Origin: Candidatus Latescibacterota bacterium
GTDB taxonomy: Bacteria; Latescibacterota; UBA2968; GCA-2709665
Length of the DNA: 64,000 nucleotides
Direction of reading: 5' to 3'
NCBI GenBank assembly: GCA_965248435.1
Contig: OZ252100.1
Coordinates: forward strand, 5,592,477 to 5,656,476
The notes beneath the pieces are model-generated. The model had not been told where the DNA came from. It made no database searches and saw only the letters and a list, made by a program, of their open reading frames with translations. Each line of letters opens with the position of its first letter. Within the stretch, counting starts at the first letter, position 1. A program made the position numbers and the translations under genes. Shown here one piece after another: positions 8,639-18,217 of this stretch.

Positions 8639-9319
8639 TTGGCAACAATCACCAAGGCATTTCTTGCAAAGACAATTGCTGAAAGACTGAACATTACTCA
8701 GGGTAAGGCAAAACTCCTGGTGAATGAGCTTGTTGAATCTCTGAGTGAGGCTGTTATTCAAGGTGACCGGATTGAGATTAGAGGCTTTGGTGTTTGGAGA
8801 GTGAGGGAATTAAGAGCTATTCCAAATGCTAGAAATCCAGGAACTGGCGAGAAAGTGTATGTTCCAGCCCGGAGGAAAGTGACTTTTAGACCTGGAAAGA
8901 TACTCAGGAAGGAGTTATGTAAGCCAATAGGTCCATCGTTAGGAGCCGCAAGGATTCTCCTGATAGATGATGATGAGGCTGTTAGAGCACCATTGAGAAA
9001 AATGCTAGAGCTGGGTGGATATGAAGTGGAGGAAGCTGCTAATGGTAAGGAAGGCTTAGAGAAATATCACGAGAAACCGGCTGATGTTGTAATTGTGGAT
9101 ATTTTTATGCCACAAAAAAGTGGACTGGAAGTAATACAGGAGCTCGTCAAAGACTATGGTAAAGTGAAGCTTATTGCTATTTCAGCAGTTGATATTAGGA
9201 ATGGGATTGACTTAGCTTCTCTTACTAGAAACCATGATGTTGTAAGAATTGAAAAACCTGTGCGAATGAAAGTTTTGTTGGATGCCGTGAAGGGTTTGTT
9301 GGAGAAAGATCAGTTTTAG
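8639..9319 (+). CDS. HU/IHF DNA-binding domain fused to a C-terminal receiver (REC) domain
   Basis: IEIRGFGVW...ARNPGTGEKV...VTFRPGK, then ILLIDDD...IVDIFMP...EKP; TTG start with GGAG SD. Confidence 0.9.
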   Translation: MATITKAFLAKTIAERLNITQGKAKLLVNELVESLSEAVIQGDRIEIRGFGVWRVRELRAIPNARNPGTGEKVYVPARRKVTFRPGKILRKELCKPIGPSLGAARILLIDDDEAVRAPLRKMLELGGYEVEEAANGKEGLEKYHEKPADVVIVDIFMPQKSGLEVIQELVKDYGKVKLIAISAVDIRNGIDLASLTRNHDVVRIEKPVRMKVLLDAVKGLLEKDQF

Positions 9320-10018
9320 GATAATTTGTCCCAGCTCCCTTAAGGACGATAAGAATAGTGCAGTGGCAAGAGACCCTTGGGTTAGGCCGCTGACTAAATA
9401 GAGTTAGCGCCTTTCCTCTGTGCACATTTTTGAATAAAGTGCACATTCTTGAACAATCTACATTTTACAGATAGAGAGAAGTTATAGTTTTTTCTTTTAC
9501 TTATAGGAGATTGGACAGTATATTAATAGCTGGAAAAATTGAGATTATAGCTTGGCGGCTACACTTTCATCTGGGTGGAAGTGTGGCCGTTTCTTATTCT
9601 ACTCCCTTTAAAGCAGCCTGGCTTAGTAGGTCCCCAGCGAGGCTGCAACCGGGCCGGGGGCGTTTCTATTTAAAGGATGGCGGCGCCCCTGGTCTTTTAT
9701 TTGTATCAAACACTAGCTTCAATAGAGATGCCAGCAGGAGTTATTGGCCCAGGAGCTGAGATGGCCTCAATCTTAGTCATTGATGACGACAAACCCTCGC
9801 GGGACGCTCTCAGAGCAATTCTAGAATTGGCAGACCACGATATTATAGAAGCCCCAGATGGGGAAGCCGGGCTTTTGCATTACAACCAAACACCTACCGA
9901 TTTAGTGTTTGTAGATATGCTGATGCCTGAGAAAGAGGGTATGGAGGTTATTCGAGAACTAAAGAAGGACTTTCCTTCAGTGAAGATCATTGCGGTTTCC
10001 GGGAGTGGAATTCAGTAT

Positions 10019-11073
10019 GCTGGATTCAATGACTAAGTGCAACACTTGGACTTGAAGACTTCAGCTGGTGTTTTGAAGTTAAGACATTTTCTTGGTCGGT
10101 TGTTGATCCGGTTCTGAATTTTCTTTAACTCGTGTTTGCTGACCTTTGAGAAGTCTGTCTTCTTGAGGAGGTATCTGCGGACCAGACCGATAGCGTTTTC
10201 CACAGCGCCTCGCTCCCAGCTGTGAAACGGTTTGCAGAAATAGGATTTGGTGCCAAGGGCCTCGTTGACCCGTTGATGTTGGCCGTTTTCGGATCCGTTG
10301 TCATATGTGATGCTCTTCCTCATGTGGGGAGGATGTCGCCCAAGGCGTCGATTAATCGCTTCGGCGACCTCCGAGGGTCCGTTCTTTGCCAGCTTAGCCA
10401 GGTGTAGGTATCTCGACGATCGCTCAAGACAAGCGCCAACGGCCTGTTTGCTCTCTCGAGAGATGATGGTGTCGGATTCCCAGTGGCCAGGTTGTTTCCG
10501 TTTTTCGATGTAACGGGGACGTCGATCGATCGAAATACGGCCTGGAATGTGGCTTTCCCGGTGTTTTCGGGTATGCCACCGCGGCTTTCGTTTTTTGTGA
10601 GCTCGGGATAAGCAAGCAACCAGATCCCGCTGCTTGCGCACCTTTGGATCGTAGATATACTGATAGATGGCTTCGTGGCTGATACCCGCGCTCGGACGCT
10701 CCTCGGGAAGCCTCCCAGCGATCAACTCGGGAGACCATCCTTGCTTGAGTTTGGTCTCGACATATCGCCGGATAACCGGATTCTTCAGCCGTTTCCGCTT
10801 GCCGGCCTCCCGCTTACGTTTCTCAGCCCTTCTGTGAGCCTGGAGGCCCGAGTAACTCTCAGCTATCGGGGACGGATTACGTTTCAACTCTCTTGGAATC
10901 GTGCTGGCGCTCCGGTCAAGGGCCTTGGCAATATCTCTAAGGCTTGCACCAGCGGCTCGACAAAGCGCAATCAGCTCGCGTTCGTCTATCGTAAGATGCT
11001 TGTAATTGTTTCCCATACACTTAGGATAGGACAGTTGCTACCCTAAGTGTTGCACTTCCTTATTGAACTCGGG
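10019..11073 (-). mobile_element. IS30-family insertion sequence (~1,055 bp)
   Basis: Imperfect IRs GCTGGATTCAATGACTAAGTGCAACACTT / CCCGAGTTCAATAAGGAAGTGCAACACTT; TAT (or GTAT) target duplication. Confidence 0.92.
10033..11016 (-). CDS. IS30-family transposase
   Basis: N-terminal HTH; GHWESDT, TYDNGSE, WERGAVEN DDE motifs. Confidence 0.95.
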   Translation of the reverse strand: MGNNYKHLTIDERELIALCRAAGASLRDIAKALDRSASTIPRELKRNPSPIAESYSGLQAHRRAEKRKREAGKRKRLKNPVIRRYVETKLKQGWSPELIAGRLPEERPSAGISHEAIYQYIYDPKVRKQRDLVACLSRAHKKRKPRWHTRKHRESHIPGRISIDRRPRYIEKRKQPGHWESDTIISRESKQAVGACLERSSRYLHLAKLAKNGPSEVAEAINRRLGRHPPHMRKSITYDNGSENGQHQRVNEALGTKSYFCKPFHSWERGAVENAIGLVRRYLLKKTDFSKVSKHELKKIQNRINNRPRKCLNFKTPAEVFKSKCCT

Positions 11074-11206
11074 TATTTGAATATGGCACTAGATTTAGGA
11101 GCAGAGGCTGCTATCATAAAGCCTTTTGGCAAGCAAACAGTATTGAACACTGTCAGGGAGCTGGTAGAGAAAGCATAGTTTGGTCGGGGAGAAATGGTAA
11201 TTTAGA

Positions 11207-11566
11207 TTGGCACGTATCCTTGTTATTGAAGATGAACTGACGAACAGGGAAGTGTTGCGTGAAATGCTTCACACAAGGGGGCACGAAGTCACAGAAGCAC
11301 TTGATGGTGAGGAGGGGCTGCGTCTATTCCGTCAGGAACAAGCAGATCTAGTTATCACAGATATCTTTATGCCAAGGAGAGATGGGCTAGGTGTCATAAG
11401 GGAGCTTCGAAAAGACTATCCAAGAGTGAAGATCATTGCAGTAGGTGCTGGAGGACAAGAGCTTCTTCTCAAAGCTAAGGAATTAGGAGCTAATCGTATT
11501 CTTGAAAAACCTCTTCGTATGAAAGCACTGCTGGAGGTTGTAAGAGAACTATTAGAAGAAGCTTGA
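11207..11566 (+). CDS. Single-domain response regulator (CheY-like)
   Basis: ILVIEDE...ITDIFMP...LEKP. Confidence 0.9.
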   Translation: MARILVIEDELTNREVLREMLHTRGHEVTEALDGEEGLRLFRQEQADLVITDIFMPRRDGLGVIRELRKDYPRVKIIAVGAGGQELLLKAKELGANRILEKPLRMKALLEVVRELLEEA

Positions 11567-11600
11567 TGATTTGGAAGTTTATCGCGAAGCCTAGAGAAAT

Positions 11601-11750
11601 ATGGCAACTGAGCTGAAACCAGGCGATTTTGTTGAATTCGTTGATGAGAATGACACTCATTGGGGACCTTGGACAGTGGTTTCTATTAAAGGTGGTAATG
11701 CAACTGTGGTAATGCAGGACGAAGCAACGACATCACTGCCTCTAGTTTAA
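11601..11750 (+). CDS. Small KOW/SH3-like protein (49 aa; not in the ORF track)
   Basis: MATELKPGDFVEFVDENDTHWGPWTVVSIKGGNATVVM... Confidence 0.4.
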   Translation: MATELKPGDFVEFVDENDTHWGPWTVVSIKGGNATVVMQDEATTSLPLV

Positions 11751-11809
11751 GGAAAAGACCTAAAGACCAACCCTAGACTATTGTAGAATTGATGTATTGG
11801 AGCTGAAGT

Positions 11810-12142
11810 ATGGAGATTCTTGCATTTGGTGCCATTCTAGCGTGTTTAATTGGGAAGTTCGTTCTTGCCCTAAAAGCAAAGACTCTGGAGAGAAAACTAA
11901 AGCAAGAAAAGATACTGCTGGAAGCAGCCAAGATGGAAATGAATAGAGTTGAGGGTAAGCAGAAACTTCTCAAGGCGGAGAAAAGGCAGCTTGGTGCGAA
12001 GAAGTCAACAATTGAAAAGCATATCGGTCGCTTTAACAAAACGCTTGGTGGTTATTCTGCCCAGGAACAGAAGGAGAAGGCTAAAGCTACTGAGCAACAA
12101 GAACTACTGAAAGAAGCAAAGAAACTCAAAGGCAAGGTATAG
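11810..12142 (+). CDS. TM-anchored coiled-coil protein
   Basis: N-terminal TM, Lys/Glu-rich heptads, GGAG SD. Confidence 0.7.
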   Translation: MEILAFGAILACLIGKFVLALKAKTLERKLKQEKILLEAAKMEMNRVEGKQKLLKAEKRQLGAKKSTIEKHIGRFNKTLGGYSAQEQKEKAKATEQQELLKEAKKLKGKV

Positions 12143-12145
12143 AGA

Positions 12146-12466
12146 ATGGTAGAGATGGAACTATTCCTGATTGGGCTGATTGTTATTGGGGTTGGGCTTG
12201 CTGTGAAAGTAATACGGGATGGATTACAGGAAGTAAGTGAGCTAAAACTGAAGATTACTGATTGTAGAGCTTCAATTATAGAGTGTGAGGCTAAGACCCT
12301 AGAGTTGGAAAGTGAGGTAAGTGGGGCAGAGCAGGAAGTTCAGAGCTTGAGAAAGGAAGTTCAAGACCTGGAGTTTAAGGAAAAGGATTTAGCTTCAAAT
12401 TTGAAAGAGAGAAAACAAGCTCAGGAGCAACGAACAACAACAAAGTTTAGAGTGAATCTAGGGTAA
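12146..12466 (+). CDS. TM-anchored coiled-coil protein
   Basis: N-terminal TM plus heptads; same architecture as host gene 47582..47899. Confidence 0.7.
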   Translation: MVEMELFLIGLIVIGVGLAVKVIRDGLQEVSELKLKITDCRASIIECEAKTLELESEVSGAEQEVQSLRKEVQDLEFKEKDLASNLKERKQAQEQRTTTKFRVNLG

Positions 12467-12580
12467 ATTAGGAAATCTTGATTCTGCAGACACTTTTCTA
12501 GGAAAGGAAGCCTACATTGTCTTAATATTGTTTCTCTCATTGGGAAGAAAAGAGAATTCTTACACCGAATTGGAGCAGAG

Positions 12581-13474
12581 ATGGGAGAACCTATTCAAAA
12601 GCAAATTGATGTATTGGAGGAGAACCGCAAGAGCCATAAAGCTACGGCCTATTTGATAGCTGGTATATATGCAACAGCTCTAATCGGTTTCATCTTTTAT
12701 CTATTCACAACATTGCCTCCCAAACTTAAGCAAGGAAATTATCCGCTCAAAGAGCTAGGCATACTATTTGTTCTGATCATAATTTCGGTCCAAAGCTCGA
12801 TCTTTTACACCAAGTTTGTAACGAGAATCAAGGATAGTCTCTTGGGGCACGTGCTTTCGATAGCCCAAAGCGTTGTGTTTTTTATCCTAACGATATGTGG
12901 CTACTATTTTGGAGAGTCTTATCTTATCGGACTAGGAACTATAGCGATTGGAATAAAGACTTTTCAGTTATACCTTCTTGCGAAAGAAGAGGACTTTGGT
13001 CGATTGGCGAAAAGGTATCTTCTTACAATTTCGATATCGTATTTAGTGTTGTCCGGTATTATCCTCTATTTCGGCATTCAACTAGAGAGGGAAACCTACT
13101 TTAGGTTCCAGCATCCTTATGAAAGTGATGTATATAGAGATATTCAAGAATTGTTGGATAACACCACAATCGATTCCGAAAATCCAAAATATTCTAAAAT
13201 TGCGAAAAGCGATCTTAATACCTTAGCTTCTAGGATTGATACCTTAAGTTCTAGGATTGATAGCTTAAATTCAAGGTATCTGACTGCCAGATTTAGAAAC
13301 GACTTATCCCTTGTATTGCTACTTTCAATATTAATTATAATTATGTTGTATGCAGTATATAAGGCAGTCCTTATTAGAGACATCCAGTTCCAGACTGTCA
13401 TTGAAGAAATTAAAATCCACTATGAATCTAAATTACAGGGAGAAGGAGCTGGTGGGGCGGTGCAGAATCCTTAG
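12581..13474 (+). CDS. Multi-pass membrane protein with a coiled-coil loop
   Basis: About 6 hydrophobic segments; GGAG SD. Confidence 0.7.
   Translation: MGEPIQKQIDVLEENRKSHKATAYLIAGIYATALIGFIFYLFTTLPPKLKQGNYPLKELGILFVLIIISVQSSIFYTKFVTRIKDSLLGHVLSIAQSVVFFILTICGYYFGESYLIGLGTIAIGIKTFQLYLLAKEEDFGRLAKRYLLTISISYLVLSGIILYFGIQLERETYFRFQHPYESDVYRDIQELLDNTTIDSENPKYSKIAKSDLNTLASRIDTLSSRIDSLNSRYLTARFRNDLSLVLLLSILIIIMLYAVYKAVLIRDIQFQTVIEEIKIHYESKLQGEGAGGAVQNP
13218..13276 (+). repeat. 21-bp coding tandem repeat (~2.8 copies)
   Basis: ATACCTTAGCTTCTAGGATTG / ATACCTTAAGTTCTAGGATTG, encoding heptads TLASRID TLSSRID. Confidence 0.8.
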
Positions 13475-13557
13475 ATTTTTGGTCCATCCCTTCTAATTCT
13501 ACAGCCATTCATTTCATCGGGAATTATAATCCTACTCCAAAATCGTTGCGAATCCCC

Positions 13558-14196
13558 TTATAGGTAGCTGTGGACATAACCTTCTAGATTCCCTTGAGCT
13601 GGGATTGGTCCTGGTGTAAGATCTAGAATTTTGTTGCTAATCGTTTCATAAATTGATTTCCAAAAAGATTTTTTAGCTAAGAGGTTTGGATCAGCATCCT
13701 TTAAGTAGATCGATGTTGCAAAACCAAATAGTCCCATTCCTATAGATAGATTAGTCAGGACCTCACTGGTATTCCAAGGTTCGTAGTTGAGTAAGTAACC
13801 TACTGTGTCAAATGCGGTCTTCCCTAGAACAGTTAATGCTCCCAAAAAAGTTGGTAATCTAACTACTTGATTTACTCGTTTGTATGCTAGCTCAAGAGGA
13901 TTATCGGCAATTGTCAAGTCAGATACTTCTCTTTCTATTCTTTCCCTTAGGCCAAGTCCGACCATATTTAAACTGAGATCACTTATATACATCGGCATTA
14001 TGTAATGCGTGTCCAATCCAGAAGTATCAGGAACCAATCCAGGTGTTAAGAGGAAGAGAGATGCGAAACCGATTGGAAAAGTGAGCTTATAGATGCTTCT
14101 TTCCGCTTGTTCCCATCTCTGTGTAATCTTCGAATACTGTCTGAGTATTTGTTCATCTAATCCCTTCGTGAATCCTAGCAATGACTCTAGTGACAT
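13558..14196 (-). CDS. Hypothetical membrane protein, DPANN-like in style
   Basis: 212-aa ORF with TM segments; CAATAAA-TTATATAA box (14221-14228) 24 nt upstream, no SD. Confidence 0.7.
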   Translation of the reverse strand: MSLESLLGFTKGLDEQILRQYSKITQRWEQAERSIYKLTFPIGFASLFLLTPGLVPDTSGLDTHYIMPMYISDLSLNMVGLGLRERIEREVSDLTIADNPLELAYKRVNQVVRLPTFLGALTVLGKTAFDTVGYLLNYEPWNTSEVLTNLSIGMGLFGFATSIYLKDADPNLLAKKSFWKSIYETISNKILDLTPGPIPAQGNLEGYVHSYL

Positions 14197-16104
14197 CTGA
14201 GGACTACAGCACGCGCTTGTTTATATAATTTATTGCTCTTTCGAAATTCTAGAGAAGATTCCACATATTGTATGTTCGCTATCTCCCTTCCTTAAGAACG
14301 TAATTCTCCTCAAAAAATTCTTAATCCTGAAAGCATAAAAGGCACTATTCGAAAAGGAACTAACCATTTAAGCTTTCGGATTGTGGCGGTTTCCCTCCTC
14401 GCTTAATCCATCCCATATATAGGCTGATAGCTCAACCACCAGGAGCCAGAAGCCACTCCTTCCGTCGTTTTCCCTTCTGCCTCACTTGTCTTGGTAATTA
14501 AGAACGGGGCTCATTGAGAAGTGGGCTACTAAAGTTTGAGTGATGTGAATGGAAACAAAAGTGGATGGGTTTCAGTTGAACCCCAAGTTTGGAAATAGTC
14601 AAAGTCCAGGAAAAGAGCAAGGTTGCGAAATAATACCTTCCGCATATGTTTTTCATACTGCCATAGCACAGTGAAATAGTATTAAGACTTCATTCAACTC
14701 CTAATCATTGAGATGAAATCCTATGACTCTATCCCAGATGCAAGAACTCTGAGCAATTCAATATCTCAAATCCAATCTTTGGAAGGAACAATTAGGGCAA
14801 CTCAATTTGAGAAACTTTCAGATCTAAAGGGTATAGTGAAGCAGCTTGGCAGGGATTTTCAGGAAAGAACCTTCCTCCACCAGAGAAACAAACAGAAACT
14901 CTCAACCACTCTTCTAAGAATTGATAATGAAATTCTACAAGGCCAAAGAGGAAGAGAAACAGACTTGACTAGAGTTGAGCTAGAAGGTCTGAGAGATGAG
15001 GAAAGAACTCTTCAGGACCTTAACACTTTGAAAGGACAGATTCGGCACTATGGCTTGGAGTATAGAGATTTGCAGAGGAGCCTCAGACTGCTCCCAGGTG
15101 CCTATATAAATAGGCAGCTCATCCTGGATCTTAGGCCAATACTGCCTCGGCCTATGGGCGATTTAATTCTGCTGTCGTATGACGCTAAGACCCAGCACAC
15201 TATTCTACTGGAACCACCATCTAAAGATGAATGTAAGGGTGAGTTTCAGCTTGGAAGTGTGGTGTATGACTCTAAGGAGTTGAGAGAATTTTCTATTTCT
15301 AGGGAAGACCTAAATCGCCATCTGGTTGTTGTCGGAAAAAGTGGAGAGGGAAAGACTTCATTTGTAAGACTCTTACTTCAGGGACTTTTGGGCAAAGTGC
15401 CCTTCCTCATATTCTCCTTCAAGAAAGAATACTCTTACCTTACACAACGTCCCAATGTCAAAGTGATAAGATGGGACCAGCTCACATTCAATGCTCTAAG
15501 ACCGCCTGGAAATCTAAAAGAGTGGGTTGCTAATTTCTCCGACTCTTTCTGTCAAGAGACTTCACTGTTAATCGGATCTAAATCATTTCTCATAGACCAG
15601 CTCGGCTATCTTCTCAAACACAAAGACGGGGCCTTCCCCAATCTCAGAGACGTAATCACCTTACTCAGCACCCTTAGTTTTTCGGCCCGGCAACGCGAAG
15701 CTCAATATCTAAGTGTTGTTCAAAACCGTCTGAGAAGTCTGGCCTTTTCCATCCCCCATATCATTTCCTGTAGAGATGGAGTTAACCTGAAGTCTTTATT
15801 GGAGGGGAATGTTGTCATAGAGCTGGATTCATTGAATCTCGATTCGCAAAACTTCATAATTTCAACACTCCTCACCTGGACTTTCCTCTACCGCATTTCC
15901 AAAAATGAAAAAGGAAAATTGAGGCACGTCATCATTTTTGATGAAGCCAAGAGAATCTTCGATCGAAACAAAGAGAAGAGAGTAACAGAAGGTTTGCCTC
16001 AGATTGACATTCTCACATCTCAAATTAGAGAATATGGTGTGGGGTTGGTTGTGCTGGATCAGGAAGCTTCAAAGTGATGTGGCCTTGAAAAAGTGGACGG
16101 TGAA

Positions 16105-16950
16105 CTAAGCCGCTTTTTGGTGTTCGAAGGCGGCTGGAGATACGTAATCCAAAGACGCGTGCAGCCGCTGGTTGTTGTAGAAGACCTCGATGTATTCGAA
16201 GAGTTCTGGCTCGGCGTGCTCGAGGTCGTCCAGGTCGATGTGGTAAGCCCACTCGGTCTTGAGGGACCGGAAAAGGGACTCGGACACTGCGTTGTCCCAG
16301 CAGTTCCCCTTTCGGCTCATGCTCTGGACGAACCCATATTCGGCGATCTTTTCCCGGAACCCCTCGCAGCAGTATTGGATGCCGCGGTCGGAGTGGATCA
16401 TCAGCCCCTTTGGCGGACGCCGGGCACGGATAGCACGCGAGAGCGCCTTGAGGACCATCTCGTGCCGCAGGCTGGTGCTCACGCACCACCCGACGATGCG
16501 CCGCGAGAACAGGTCGATGAAGACCGCCAGATACAACCAGCCAGCCTTGCTCGGCAGATACGTAATGTCGCTGGCCCACACCCTGTTCGGCGCGTCGATG
16601 TCAAAATTGCGATCCAGCAGGTTCGGCGCCGCAGCCAGATGGTGATTCGAGTCCGTTGTGGCCCTGAACTTCCGTGCGACCTTCGACCGCAGGCCCTGCC
16701 GGCGCATCGATTGGGCAACTCGCGTGCGGCTGCACGGATGGCCCTGGCCGGTCAAATACCGGGCGATCTTCGTGCTGCCGTAGCGAGCTTTGTGCGCCTC
16801 GAACGCCGCTCTGACTCGGGCGTCCAGAAGCCGCCGGGCCCTCTTTCTGGCGCTCTCGGGCCGCAGCAGCCAGGCATAGAAACCGCTCTTGGATACCTCC
16901 AGGACCTTCGCCATCCTCTCCACCGAAAATTCCCAGCGGTGGTCCCTCAT
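16105..16950 (-). CDS. IS3 transposase OrfB (DDE)
   Basis: WASDITY, HSDRGIQY, GNCWDNAVSES. Confidence 0.95.
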   Translation of the reverse strand: MRDHRWEFSVERMAKVLEVSKSGFYAWLLRPESARKRARRLLDARVRAAFEAHKARYGSTKIARYLTGQGHPCSRTRVAQSMRRQGLRSKVARKFRATTDSNHHLAAAPNLLDRNFDIDAPNRVWASDITYLPSKAGWLYLAVFIDLFSRRIVGWCVSTSLRHEMVLKALSRAIRARRPPKGLMIHSDRGIQYCCEGFREKIAEYGFVQSMSRKGNCWDNAVSESLFRSLKTEWAYHIDLDDLEHAEPELFEYIEVFYNNQRLHASLDYVSPAAFEHQKAA

Positions 16951-17261
16951 GAACCGGAACCGGCTTTCGGTGTCTTTGAAAAGATGGCGACTGCTTTTTT
17001 TAGGATGTCCCGTTCCTCACGAGCGATCTCCAGCTCGCGACGCAGACGGCGGTTCTCCTCCTCCAGGGGCTTCTGGTGCCCCGTACCCGGGAAGGACTCT
17101 TCAGGGTCGGCTTCAAGTTCCTTGCGCCACGTGCGGATCGCTCCCTGGTACAGCCCCAGGTCTCGCTCTACCTGCCGATCCGTCACGTCGCCGGCATCCG
17201 CGATCCGGACTGCTTCACGCTTGAAATCGGAATCAAATGTCCGTTTCGGTTTCCCTTTCAT
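16947..17261 (-). CDS. IS3 transposase OrfA (HTH), with an A7G -1 frameshift signal near 16994-17001
   Basis: FKREAV...ERDILKKAVAIF; CTA AAA AAA GCA; ATGA overlap with orfB. Confidence 0.9.
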   Translation of the reverse strand: MKGKPKRTFDSDFKREAVRIADAGDVTDRQVERDLGLYQGAIRTWRKELEADPEESFPGTGHQKPLEEENRRLRRELEIAREERDILKKAVAIFSKTPKAGSGS

Positions 17262-17530
17262 AGACACACCTCCTGACGGAAGATACTTTGGTTCTCGGTG
17301 TGTCCACAATTTCAAAACGCCTCAAAGCTCACCCATTCTATTCTAGCTAATACGCACATTAAAATTGCTCTCCAGCTAGGGAATGGAATTGATATTGATA
17401 CGTTTGCTAAAGCAATGAGCTTACGCCGAAAAGATTTTCTAACAATGCTCAATGTGGGAGAGGGAGTAGTGAAAATCGGAAAACTAAATCCCTTCTTGCT
17501 CAAGATTCCATACGTTCCAATCCCCAAGGC

Positions 17531-17590
17531 CGATTTACCCCGATTTACCAGTTTTACCCAGGAAGGAAAGCAGATTTACCCGATTTACTC
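17531..17590 (+). repeat. Five GATTTACC-like short repeats inside the ATPase linker
   Basis: CGATTTACCC CGATTTACCA GTTTTACCC ... AGATTTACC CGATTTACT. Confidence 0.7.
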
Positions 17591-18217
17591 TTCTGATAAA
17601 CTATCTATACTGGCCCTTGGTTTTCTAACTGACATCTCTCTCTACCCTGAAAGCAGAATCACAGAGAGGTATAAACGCTTAGGGATGAATCCAAAAACAG
17701 GAAATAATCTGAAGAAGGCATTACTAGAGCGGAGTCTGATTAAAGAGCGAAGGGTGTATAATGGACGGAACGTAGTTCTCCTGGACCTAACTCCAAGCGG
17801 GGCTTTGAGTCTGGAGCAAAATCCCAGAAAAGGATGGAGGAAGGGGAATTCAGAGCATCAATACTGGAGATACAGAGCAGCTAATCACTATAGAGAGCTG
17901 GGATATGAAGTAGAAGAGGAAGTTGCTGTTGGTGAGGGTAGGAGCGTGGATGTGATTGCTAAGAAAGGAAAGGAGAGTCTTGGGATTCAGATTGAAACTG
18001 GATCTTCAGACATTGGGAGAAATGTGGAGACCTGTTTAGATGCTGGGTGTTCCAAGGTGTTCTTGATTCCAACCAATCAGGAAGCAAAGAAAACAGTGGT
18101 AGAGGTAGTGAAGGAGTGGTATCCTGCGCCTGTGTCTCTGATGACGACTCGTTTTCTCAAAACTCTACGTGATATTGTCTGACTCAACTATCCATCTACA
18201 TCCGGGGATGACCTAGG

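Larger units (their letters stand above)
9761..11178 (+). pseudogene. Single-domain response regulator interrupted by IS30
   Basis: MASILVIDDD...VDMLMP...SGIQY continues after the IS as LNMALDLGAEAAIIKPF...EKA*. Confidence 0.9.
16075..17324 (-). mobile_element. IS3-family insertion sequence (1,250 bp)
   Basis: TG...CA ends; IRs TGATGTGGCCTTGAAAAAGTGGAC / TGAGGCGTTTTGAAATTGTGGAC; AAG target duplication; GC-rich. Confidence 0.93.
14713..18182 (+). pseudogene. HerA/VirD4-like (DUF87-type) ATPase-wHTH-PD-(D/E)xK fusion interrupted by IS3 (738 aa when reconstructed)
   Basis: Walker A GKSGEGKT, Walker B IIFDEA, VLDQ; frame resumes as EASK|LTHSILAN after the IS; C-terminal H...E...VD...QIE nuclease-like motif. 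Confidence 0.85.

Noticed and set aside
13218-13276. 21-bp tandem repeat as a regulatory or iteron element
   Set aside because: In-frame heptad duplication explained by a coiled coil
16093-17346. 417-aa plus-strand ORF
   Set aside because: Antisense shadow of the IS3 transposase; GC-rich DNA has few stops
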